A DNA stretch of 63,801 nt, filler included, from Octopus bimaculoides (Eukaryota), in assembly GCF_001194135.2 (NCBI RefSeq). It is 6 parts of 4 records of this genome, joined end to end, with 100 filler letters (N's around TTAATTAATTAA, not from the genome) between each part and the next. Parts side by side here need not be neighbours in the genome. Positions count along the whole stretch, not along the records: positions 48,510 to 61,620 come from NC_068984.1; positions 61,721 to 63,801 come from NW_026422014.1; 4 more parts are not named here. One strand, written 5' to 3'. The position numbers were made by a program, and so were the translations under genes. This document shows positions 52,644 to 63,801 of the stretch, one piece after another; position 1 is the first letter of the stretch, and each line of letters begins with the position of its first letter. The notes below the pieces were generated by a model. The model did not search any database and was not told the DNA's origin. It saw nothing but the letters and a program-made list of their open reading frames with translations.

Positions 52644-53841
52644 CTATCCTGGAATCTAAGCTTCATAAGTATTATAGACAGTATTTTTAATATAAATTTC
52701 ATATCTGAATAGTTAAGAGCGGATTTCTTCACTAAGCTGGGTCTTATTATCTGCATACACTGCAAGAATATCATGTGGCCGGCACTTATGTACAACCGGT
52801 CAGCGGGTGTCTTTACCCCATATATATGTGTTTGTGTGTATATACATGAGTTAAGGCCAATAGCGGTAGGGGTAGAGCTAGGTTTTCCCAATTTCCAGGA
52901 GGATCCTGGAAAAATACACGCCGTATTTCAATAGTAGTAGAAAGTGCAGGTTATGCCTGGCTGAGAAGAGAGCAATTTTAAAGGGTACCCAACGCCCTGA
53001 TTTTTATCTGAATAGCAGGCATAAGGTGTTTAATCCCTGCCCACATGAAAGGAAGTACATCCTCTCGTACCTGCGCGCCCCAACATGACTGCAACCACAG
53101 GTTCCCCGCCGCGACCTTCCACCAATGCCGTCGGTCCCGGCAAAGAGTTTGACCAAAGCACACGCCAATGCACATCCCTATAAAGCGAACACTCCACAAA
53201 ACAGACTGTCTCCCCCAATATATACCCCTTCACACACATTGTACCCCCACATACATATAGCCTCCCGCACACACATTACACACCACGCGCTAACATAACC
53301 CCTCTCTACGACCTTATCCTTTACAAAAAGAAAACAGACCAACGAACACAGCCATATATACCTACAATCCCGAAAAAATTATGCCCATGACACCACTAGA
53401 CATTTCCATCCCCACAGGAGCACCGCGTTTAATAACGCACACTTCCCCCACAAACGCTTTAAGATAACTCTTACTGGTCTCACAGCATACCCAACCAAAG
53501 AGAATAACTCCTCCCAATCTAATTCCCTTACCCTTTTTCGCTTCACCACCCTGTGCTAATCCACCTCCGACAATAGAGAGCATTCACCATATTCCCTTCC
53601 ATATCGGCTAACTCTGATGAACGTAAGGTTATATAATCGGATTATTACCTAACACGCCATTGTATTCCTTATGTGAAACTGATTGGTAAGATCAGCCATG
53701 ATATATATATAATACTATATATTTCGGATAATATACTAGCTCTATTGACAGATATACGAGTGCATCTCTTCCCTGATTTATGGTCTCTTAGACGACTCAC
53801 GCACGTATACATACATACATACATACATACATACATACATA

Positions 53842-53930
<89 letters not shown>

Positions 53931-53989
53931 GTATACATGCATGTATGCATGTATGTATGTTTATGTATATGTATATATGTAATATATGT

Positions 53990-54835
53990 ATAAGGCTGAA
54001 TAAAAAGTAAGCGATNNNNNNNNNNNNNNNNNNNNNNNNNNNNNNNNNNNNNNNNNNNNNNNNNNNNNNNNNNNNNNNNNNNNNNNNNNNNNNNNNNNNN
54101 NNNNNNNNNNNNNNNNNNNNNNNNNNNNNNNNNNNNNNNNNNNNNNNNNNNNNNNNNNNNNNNNNNNNNNNNNNNNNNNNNNNNNNNNNNNNNNNNNNNN
54201 NNNNNNNNNNNNNNNNNNNNNNNNNNNNNNNNNNNNNNNNNNNNNNNNNNNNNNNNNNNNNNNNNNNNNNNNNNNNNNNNNNNNNNNNNNNNNNNNNNNN
54301 NNNNNNNNNNNNNNNNNNNNNNNNNNNNNNNNNNNNNNNNNNNNNNNNNNNNNNNNNNNNNNNNNNNNNNNNNNNNNNNNNNNNNNNNNNNNNNNNNNNN
54401 NNNNNNNNNNNNNNNNNNNNNNNNNNNNNNNNNNNNNNNNNNNNNNNNNNNNNNNNNNNNNNNNNNNNNNNNNNNNNNNNNNNNNNNNNNNNNNNNNNNN
54501 NNNNNNNNNNNNNNNNNNNNNNNNNNNNNNNNNNNNNNNNNNNNNNNNNNNNNNNNNNNNNNTTTTGATTTTCATTCAAATCTTGTGGTACCCGTTTGTC
54601 GAACATTTTTGATTTTTCGATCGCATGGAAGTGGTTGCAGGCAGTTTTCTGGCTAACTTGAAGTTCTTTTCCCAGTTCTCGATTGGTTTTACGTGGATCT
54701 TTCTCAATGACGGTCTTTAATTGACCGTCATTGATGACAGATGGGCGTCCACTACGCTCACGATCTTCAAGGCTCATGTCTCCACTGCGAAATCGTTTAA
54801 ACCATTTTCGAGCTGACCAGTCACTGGTCTGAAGA
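53990..54835 (-). mobile_element. Mariner transposon fragment spanning an N gap
   Basis: RKWFKRFRSGDMSLEDRERSGRPSV...DPRKTNRELGKELQVSQ...KRVPQDLNENQ (HTH region plus a WVPHEL-like motif). TIR-like tataaggctgaataaaaagtaagcg lies on the far side of the gap. Confidence 0.85.
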
Positions 54836-55502
54836 ACAGTCAACAAACTGCGAAATGGTCTGTCAGATATGTGTGTGTGCGCGTATGTATGTATGTATGT
54901 ATGTATGTATGTATGTATGTATGTGTGTGTATTACCTATCTTTCCATCCTGATGACTGAGGCTAATTTTATGGTAATGTTTATATGCATCCACCAATAGT
55001 TGCATATCTTTGACTATCTACACACTCCATCTACCAACTATTACGTAATTTTGAGCCCCCAGAAACAGCTGTTAGATTTGAAATACCATTCCCTTTCCCC
55101 TTAGTTTTCCGTATTTTTTTGTACTCCATGTAAATTTGTTCAGTAAAAATATCTATACGCTTATTCATGAGTGTTCATCTGAATATTTTCAGTTTTTGTT
55201 TCTCTATATATCCCCATATATATTTATAAGTGTTTATGTATGTATATTTCATATATCAAGCCTAAACATGTTTATCTGCACCACTTTCTCCATATCAGCT
55301 CACCTAGGTTTCTCTTATAGCCACTCTTTACCCCGTAGACTTAGTTCTCGATAAAGACTTCAAAGTATAAGTTCAAATCATTTGAGCATTACTACATGTT
55401 TTTTATATTGTGCATCTCTGGATCTCCCCTGTTGACTTTATGTATAAATACATACACACATACATATCTGCCTGCCTACCTACCTACCTACCTACCTACC
55501 TA

Positions 55503-55548
<46 letters not shown>

Positions 55549-56504
55549 TGCATGCATGCATGCATGCACACACACATGCATGAACGCGCGCGCGTACCCC
55601 AACACACCACTGAAATACCACCCATGTTACAGAAGAACGACGACTTAAGTTTGTTGCTTGGTTTTCTTTGGTCTACTCATTCAGAGAAAAAAATGGGGGT
55701 AAACTAGGAGTTGTAACATACGTACTTTTCCAAAGTTTTTAAATATAACTGTAGCTTATATAGCTTATATAGATGTGCTACAACATTTCGTGATGACTCA
55801 AGTTTGATTGTTTATTTACTAATCTAGGCAAACAAAATGTACTGAACACACTAGTAGCTGTATGTTAACTACAGGTGTGTCATAATTAAACATTGACAAT
55901 AAATAGTTTCAGGAATGCTGAAAGATAAATATTGGTTTTAATAGGCAACTAGCCATTTCTCTGTTAAAAGAAGGATTAAATTATGAAGTGGTTTCACTAC
56001 TAAATTAGTGGAATTGCGAAAGTATTAGTATAACTAACATGTTCAGAGACAGCATGAGATCAAATATGACTATTGGAACACTGTTGTAACTTCAGGAAGA
56101 ATGCACAGTGCCATTTGCATCATCATCAAAAACATCACCATTTTGTTGCCACCGTTGTTCCACCGTTACAAACAACATCCTCACCAGCATTATTGTCAAC
56201 AAGCCAACACTGAATGTCTATGTAGTTGCTTGACCTAATAGAAATAACAGACAAATTTCCTTTAAATTAGATTCTCAAGTTCTAATATATGTTGCCTGAA
56301 CTGCTGTGTTATTGGAACGTCAAGCAACCAATGCTGGTTTCAAATGTCACACACACACACACACACACACATGTATATATCTGTCTATCAAATCGTAGTG
56401 GGATTGAACCCAGAGCCTCGTGGTTGCCAAGCGAACAACTACAAACCATACTTACGTCTATTTTAATCATACAATTATGTCTGCACCTCAAATCTCTAGA
56501 TATA

Positions 56505-56579
<75 letters not shown>

Positions 56580-56809
56580 NNNNNNNNNNNNNNNNNNNNN
56601 NNNNNNNNNNNNNNNNNNNNNNNNNNNNNNNNNNNNNNNNNNNNNNNNNNNNNNNNNNNNNNNNNNNNNNNNNNNNNNNNNNNNNNNNNNNNNNNNNNNN
56701 NNNNNNNNNNNNNNNNNNNNNNNNNNNNNNNNNNNNNNNNNNNNNNNNNNNNNNNNNNNNNNNNNNNNNNNNNNNNNNNNNNNNNNNNNNNNNNNNNNNN
56801 NNNNNNNNN

Positions 56810-56875
<66 letters not shown>

Positions 56876-58357
56876 CACGACTGTGGGTCAGAAACTGCGT
56901 GCCTACAATTGACTTTATATCAACCAGTTGGATGGCGTTTTCTGAATGCGGTTGAAGTTGACTGTCAAACAACCGTTACAAATGTGAAAGTAATATAAAT
57001 GCTACAGTGTACCAGTTGAATTTCGTCATCATCGAGAGAGTACAACTGTCCACAGAGATACGGCTTATAAAACCCACGATTACTAGGGACTTACGTAAAT
57101 AAAACTTACCGACTTGCATGTATGAATCATTCTTGCAGTTCTTTTAATATATTTTCGATGCATCACTATACTGTAATACAGATTATAGCTAAAGATTTTA
57201 GCAAACACTAAGTAATAAGTAATCGAGATAATGCTGTGTTTCTCACTGCTTAATTATTTTTATTAAAATGTTTGAGCTTACCATACTAAATATATTAATA
57301 CGAACTTAACTATTGTTTTTTCATGCATATGACGCATCTGAATGATTTATTCCAGTTATTCGTTTCTTGATTCAGACATTTGTGCAAACCTCAGAATTCC
57401 GTTCTCACGCGTAACAATGTGTGAAATTGTCAAGGTGTGTATGGGGGTGACAACATGCCAACCTATTTAAAACTATTTATTACAAATCAACCTTTTCAAC
57501 CACGTGTTTGAGATAAATTACTGTCGTTTATCTATACGTACATAAGATGTAAGTACGTTGTTAGAGATAGGTACTGTATTTGTAAACACCTATATATTCG
57601 ATGTCACCCACTCCATAAATATATAATGTATATTGTGTTTTTTCAGTCATGTGAAGTATTTCAGAAAAATGTACGTCCATAAAGTGAATTTACGACCTTT
57701 GTATTCTCAGTTCGGAGTTGATAAACAAAACCACGCAAACAAGAAACACAAAGAAAAATAAACAAAACAAAATAACAAAACAACACCTAAAATATGTAAA
57801 GTGTGCTATATATTTGTTGTTGTAGTTGTTATTTTTTAACCTCAGGTCATCTCTTATCAACCAGACCAATGATCAAAGTTGTTGAGCTCCACGTCAACCC
57901 TGATAAAATAGATTTAGAATCAAAGACATTCCATCCATGACCATACAGACATAACCTATTCTGGATGATATTAACCACTGTGTCCTTTAACACGGTAAGG
58001 AGTAATTGGAAAAAAATTTGAGTGCTATTTCTAGTTAAACGTTGTGTCTCAAGAGGTGTTTGAATAAAACAGTTTTAGAGTCTTCTCTACATCTTCCGAC
58101 GGTAAAAGAAAAAAAGGAAAAAGTACAAGAACAAAAATCTTTTAGTGAGAATGCATGTGACTATGGCCCTGGTAATGTTATAAATTATAACATAATGTCA
58201 TAAGTTATAACATTGGAACCAAACGATTATTAATCTTTCCAAAACGAGTTATGATTAAGAGCACGAAGAAATACAAAAACTGGTTGAAATTGACGGTCAC
58301 ATTTATTTCAACACTAGTAGAAGATACAGCAAACACAAGCGTACACGCCGATATGAG

Positions 58358-59616
58358 TGTAGTGAAACTAACACCTCGATCGCCATTACATACAAAACTA
58401 CCTATCGCCATTAGATACAAAACTGCTATCACCATTCTTCTCATTTAAATATAAACAAACGCGAACGTAGCGGAAAACATTAACCTTGTCATCACGTGAC
58501 TGATCATTATTCGAATCGGCAACTTCTTCGAACCGTTCCCGCCAGAACGCAAACTGACCAATCACAGCCCTTAATAAGCTCACGTGATAGAGTATATTTC
58601 TGATATCTGGAGAGCCGATAATTCGCTATAAATAGATCAACTCATACCCAACAAATTTGTCTCGGTCCAGTTTCTCTTAGAGACTGTTCCGTGTACCACA
58701 CGACAGCAGCAGCAACAATCAGCCAGCGACCACTTCAACAGCTTCGTNNNNNNNNNNTTCCGTGTACCACACGACAGCAGCAGCAACAATCAGCCAGCGA
58801 CCACTTCAACAGCTTCGTCCAGCCAACGATGACCACCGCCGTCGCCACATCAGCAACAAGAGTCTACGACTACTAACCAGCAACATCGTCATGAGCAACA
58901 CGATTACTACCAAGCAGCCTCTACACCACCAGCGTCAGCACGACTTACTATGTACACCAAACCACCGCGGCACCTCTCTCTCTTCGATTCTGTTAGGTGA
59001 CTTAGCTTTACTACGATAATAAACAGACAAGAGATTTCAGCCTGCGATAAACGTCTGTCCTCAAGCCCTGGCATCGAAGCCAAAACACAACTAGTGATAA
59101 GCTCTGCCAAACGACGAACATCTGTATAACAAGAATCACGGCCCGGCATCGATGCCACGACATCACAACTAGTGATCAGCTCTGCCACACTCAGCCTCCT
59201 CACTTTCACATACAGAACTTTTCCTATAGTGTACTAAAGAACTGGTATAATTGCTGACGTGTTACTGACTCTTTCTATCTGCTGTAATAATTCACATACA
59301 CATACATGTATCACTCACATACATACTTTTCTTTGTATGACTGCCTGTCTTTGATTATGTTATTATATGTCGCATTCACACTCTCACACAGACATACATC
59401 TTTAACGCTACAATAAATATTTCTGTTATTCATCTAATACGGTTGTGGTCTTTCATTGCTAGTCATCTATGTTATCGTCGTATAACATATTTGTATATCA
59501 TATTGGATATATATAATTGTGTGTTCGACCGTGTGACTCGTTTAAATAAAAGGAGTCCTCTGTTTTTCCATTCGTCACCATTTCTCCTTTTTGAGTTCGC
59601 ACGGTCGTCCCCTACA
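58358..59616 (+). mobile_element. Solo LTR (Gypsy-like by its 4-bp target-site duplication), about 1.19 kb after removing an assembly duplication
   Basis: Termini TGTAG...CTACA; TGAG at 58354-58357 and 59617-59620; CACGTG x2, gaccaatca, TATAAAT at 58627, AATAAA at 59412 and 59545; no internal coding region. Confidence 0.85.
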
Positions 59617-59777
59617 TGAGCTTATTTAAGTCTAAACAACCAATTGGTAAACATACTTCTGCTACAAACTCAATAAAGACCCAGTTTTTATTCCACAAGA
59701 ATAAAGAAGAGATATTCGTCTAAATAGAAACAAAGATAGTCTTCGGGGACATGGCAATAATAATAATGATGATGATG

Positions 59778-59831
<54 letters not shown>

Positions 59832-60411
59832 GGAAAACAAAGGAAGACGTATAAAAAGGACATGAAGAATTACGCGAGAAGGGACTACACAATGAATTCC
59901 ATGCAGCCACAACAGAAGTTGCTGGAAAAAATAGGTGGGGTTGACTGATGAAAGGAACCCTAAAAAACGAGACCGAGAGCACTATACTGGCAGCGCAAGA
60001 CCAAGCTCTTGCCCCGAACTGGAGGGTCAACCTGAAGAATGAGCAAGTGTCTCCGCTGTGCCGCATCTAGAATAGAGTGGATAAAACCGTTGCCCATGTC
60101 ACGAACGAATGTACTAGACTTGCCCAAAACCACAAGTTGTGGCGACACGACCAGGTAGCGAAAGTGCTACATTAGAAACTGTGCGAAAAGTGGTGGCTAA
60201 AGAGAGGCAAGACGTGGTATGAGCGCAAACCGCAGAGAATGGCGGGGTCGGAGACTAGTAAAATATTCTGGGTTTTCCCAATCCGAATAGATCAGGTGCT
60301 AGAGCATAACAGACCGGATCTAATGGTGGTGGACAAGGTGCACCACGTATGCAATATAATTGACGTTGCATGCCCCTTTGCCCACGGATAGTCAAGAAGG
60401 AAGACGAAAAG

Positions 60412-60483
<72 letters not shown>

Positions 60484-60783
60484 CAACACTTTTAAGTACG
60501 GAATAGCCCGGCTATAGAAAATGAAGACGGTAAAGATAGCATCAATTATTTGTTGGGTCCTCGAGAACAGCATCAGAAGGCATCAAAAGGAATATAAAGA
60601 AAATTGGAATAGAATACCCAGTAGAACTGTTACAAAAGATTTGCCTCCTTGGCACGGTCAGAATAATCAGGAAAGTATTAGATAGCTGAAAAGAACGAAT
60701 AACATGGTACCGTTGGCTGCAGGTAATAAGCCTGCTACGCATGCAAGACTCCAGGAGCTCCAACAAAACCTGTGATAAAGAGA
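59832..60783 (+). mobile_element. R4/Dong-type LINE 3' part (zinc knuckle plus restriction-like endonuclease plus 3' UTR)
   Basis: LKNETESTILAAQDQAL...PLCRI...VAHVTNEC...RHDQVAKVLH...RPDLMVVDK...IIDVACPF...ICLLGTVRIIRKVLDS*. Flanked by (TAA)n and (TGA)n(TAA)n. Confidence 0.88.
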
Positions 60784-60788
60784 TAATA

Positions 60789-61296
<508 letters not shown>

Positions 61297-61620
61297 AAAA
61301 ATGGTTTCACTCTCTGCTTTTAGCCCTGAACTTCGTAACCACTGATGCGTGCGTTTCTGGTCGACATCATCTCGTTTGCTACGAGCCACATACTTGCCAT
61401 GCAGAGGTTTCTGTTCCCATCTGCTAGCTAATTTTTCATGTGCTTTTGTCTTTGCAATTAATTTTATTTTCTTTGCAGCAGTAGTTGGCGCATTTCCTTC
61501 AACCTGATCAAGCTGGTGGGTATCTAAGAGTTCGGTGGCGAATTTTTTGCTCTCTTTCAGAATAGAGTGAAGTTTTTTCGGTCTTTCATGTTTTTCAACA
61601 AGTTTCAGCATCCAATCGTT
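61297..61620 (-). mobile_element. Third R4/Dong-type fragment, opposite orientation
   Basis: HERPKKLHSILKE...RWEQKPLHGKYVARS...VDQKRTHQWLRSSGLKAESE, open frame. Confidence 0.88.
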
Positions 61621-61922
61621 NNNNNNNNNNNNNNNNNNNNNNNNNNNNNNNNNNNNNNNNNNNNTTAATTAATTAANNNNNNNNNNNNNNNNNNNNNNNN
61701 NNNNNNNNNNNNNNNNNNNNGTAGTGAAAACACGGAAGTCCTCTCTATTGAAACTGAACTCGAAATTTATCTACCGGAAGCCATAATAAGAAAGTAGTAA
61801 TAACGAAACATAAGTTCTGCTTGTTTCTATTGAACGCAATAATATATTCATAAATAAAGATAAATGTCAACCAAACAACGATAGAATATTTTTCCATTCG
61901 GTTATAAATTCTATTTCTACAG

Positions 61923-61953
61923 ATCAGAGCTGTCTCATGAGAGCGACGACAAA
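61923..61953 (+). CDS. Candidate micro-exon A (31 nt) of an unidentified host gene
   Basis: aattctatttctacag|A TCA GAG CTG TCT CAT GAG AGC GAC GAC AAA|gtaaga; xSELSHESDDK, phase 2 to 0. Confidence 0.5.
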
Positions 61954-63264
61954 GTAAGATAATTTCCTCACGTAGTGAATAATAATAAATTTATGTGAAT
62001 TTCTAAAACGATGCTGATAAAATTGTATTCAGACGAAACATCATTTCGGAAGAATTAAAAATATCTTTACACCAAAATATGGCAAATAATAGTATCTTAA
62101 TATTTGTTCATACTTCAAGAATTTCCAAACTGGATCCCAAAGGGCTGAACGCTGTTTAGCAAATGAATTTCCTACTTTTAACGATCTGCCAACAATACGT
62201 TCATTGAATTGAACGTAAAACTTGCTTATATATACATGCATATACGTATTCTTACGCATATATAAGTATATGTATAGACACACTCTCTCTATATATATAC
62301 GTGTGGGTCTGTGTCTGTGTATGTATATATCTATATATATCTATATATAAGTGTGTTTGTGTGTACATATGTATATATATATATATATATATATANNNNN
62401 NNNNNNNNNNNNNNNNNNNNNNNNNNNNNNNNNNNNNNNNNNNNNNNNNNNNNNNNNNNNNNNNNNNNNNNNNNNNNNNNNNNNNNNNNNNNNNNNNNNN
62501 NNNNNNNNNNNNNNNNNNNNNNNNNNNNNNNNNNNNNNNNNNNNNNNNNNNNNNNNNNNNNNNNNNNNNNNNNNNNNNNNNNNNNNNNNNNNNNNNNNNN
62601 NNNNNNNNNNNNNNNNNNNNNNNNNNNNNNNNNNNNNNNNNNNNNNNNNNNNNNNNNNNNNNNNNNNNNNNNNNNNNNNNNNNNNNNNNNNNNNNNNNNN
62701 NNNNNNNNNNNNNNNNNNNNNNNNNNNNNNNNNNNNNNNNNNNNNNNNNNNNNNNNNNNNNNNNNNNNNNNNNNNNNNNNNNNNNNNNNNNNNNNNNNNN
62801 NNNNNNNNNNNNNNNNNNNNNNNNNNNNNNNNNNNNNNNNNNNNNNNNNNNNNNNNNNNNNNNNNNNNNNNNNNNNNNNNNNNNNNNNNNNNNNNNNNNN
62901 NNNNNNNNNNNNNNNNNNNNNNNNNNNNNNNNNNNNNNNNNNNNNNNNNNNNNNNNNNNNNNNNNNNNNNNNNNNNNNNNNNNNNNNNNNNNNNNNNNNN
63001 NNNNNNNNNNNNNNNNNNNNNNNNNNNNNNNNNNNNNNNNNNNNNNNNNNNNNNNNNNNNNNNNNNNNNNNNNNNNNNNNNNNNNNNNNNNNNNNNNNNN
63101 NNNNNNNNNNNNNNNNNNNGAGTATTTAGAGATTTGAAACTTCTCGTAAAACCAGGATAGAATGTGATAATCGAATAGAATGTGCCATACATTCCGATAA
63201 AATATTTATGCTGCCTAGATCGATATTTTTTTCAAATGATTTAGATATTTCCGTGTCCTTCCAG

Positions 63265-63299
63265 AAATACAAAAATGATGATTCTGAATTTGAAAAAAA
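63265..63299 (+). CDS. Candidate micro-exon B (35 nt)
   Basis: tttccgtgtccttccag|AAA TAC AAA AAT GAT GAT TCT GAA TTT GAA AAA AA|gtgagt; KYKNDDSEFEK, phase 0 to 2, in frame with exon A. Confidence 0.55.
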
Positions 63300-63635
63300 G
63301 TGAGTAGATAGGCCCTGATTTCATTTATTTTCTGAATGGACTAATAAAAACATCATAAAGCCGGAATCACTGAGACGATTTAAAACCGTTTCATTGGTGC
63401 TGTGTTTTCTATGTTCAAATCAGTCTAAGCCTTTTGTAAGTAAAAAAAATGCACTACATAATGTGACATACAAATGTTATTCATCACACCAGTTCTGTTT
63501 TCTGATAAATACATGATCCTCTCTGGCAAGATATTTCGTTAAAATATTTAATTCTAGACACTGAGATAATTACAAATAACAGGATCTTTTTGTTGTTATT
63601 ATTGTATTTTTGGTATTGTGGTTGCAGTATTTTAG

Positions 63636-63684
63636 ATTCCACTCAATATTAAGACTAAATGTATTTAAGCATTGGCAAGAAACG
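63636..63684 (+). CDS. Candidate exon C (49 nt)
   Basis: gttgcagtattttag|A TTC CAC...GAA ACG|gtgaat; (K)FHSILRLNVFKHWQET, phase 2 to 0, in frame with exon B. Confidence 0.4.
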
Positions 63685-63801
63685 GTGAATACGCTCTAAA
63701 ACTAATTAAAAACTCTTCCAGGAATAAGCAAGAAAACAACACTTGTTCTTATAAAAACACTTATCAACATGATTATAAATCTTAAATACATATATATGTA
63801 T

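Noticed and set aside
54800-54870. Hammerhead-like ctgaaga...ctgcgaaa
   Set aside because: The cleavage triplet would end in G and stem III cannot pair. It also overlaps a mariner remnant.
58687-58818. 61-bp tandem duplication inside the LTR
   Set aside because: The copies are identical and sit either side of a 10-N gap, which is typical of an unmerged contig overlap.
63685-63721. Intron joining exon C to the last candidate exon
   Set aside because: At 37 nt it is below the usual animal minimum, and the join gives an immediate stop (GAA TAA).

Overview
Repeat-saturated, AT-rich, gappy draft animal genome. The SINE families and microsatellite landscape point to a coleoid cephalopod, probably Octopus (inference from recognition, not a search). 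Almost all long ORFs in the supplied track are artefacts of N-runs or microsatellites. Five TTAATTAATTAA motifs, each centred in a 44N+12+44N block, are artificial scaffold joins, so order across them is not guaranteed. Supportable content: (i) about 30 copies of at least five SINE families; (ii) decayed non-LTR retrotransposons: six R4/Dong-type (restriction-like endonuclease) fragments, mostly abutting (TAA)n/(GAT)n tracts, three or four RTE-clade fragments including a ~3 kb APE+RT copy, and a probable ORF1 relic; (iii) two mariner fragments, two MITEs, and a clean ~1.2 kb solo LTR (TGTAG...CTACA, 4-bp TGAG target duplication); (iv) an indel-free 57-bp diverged minisatellite; (v) a chain of phase-compatible + strand micro-exons at 61.9-63.8 kb, the best evidence for a host gene, whose product I cannot identify. 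There are no bona fide tRNA/rRNA genes and no CRISPR. I cannot demonstrate a new biological system from sequence alone. The best leads are the micro-exon gene with an upstream LTR promoter, the 57-bp array, the microsatellite-targeting R4/Dong cluster, and the closely spaced inverted SINE pair (a potential ADAR substrate).
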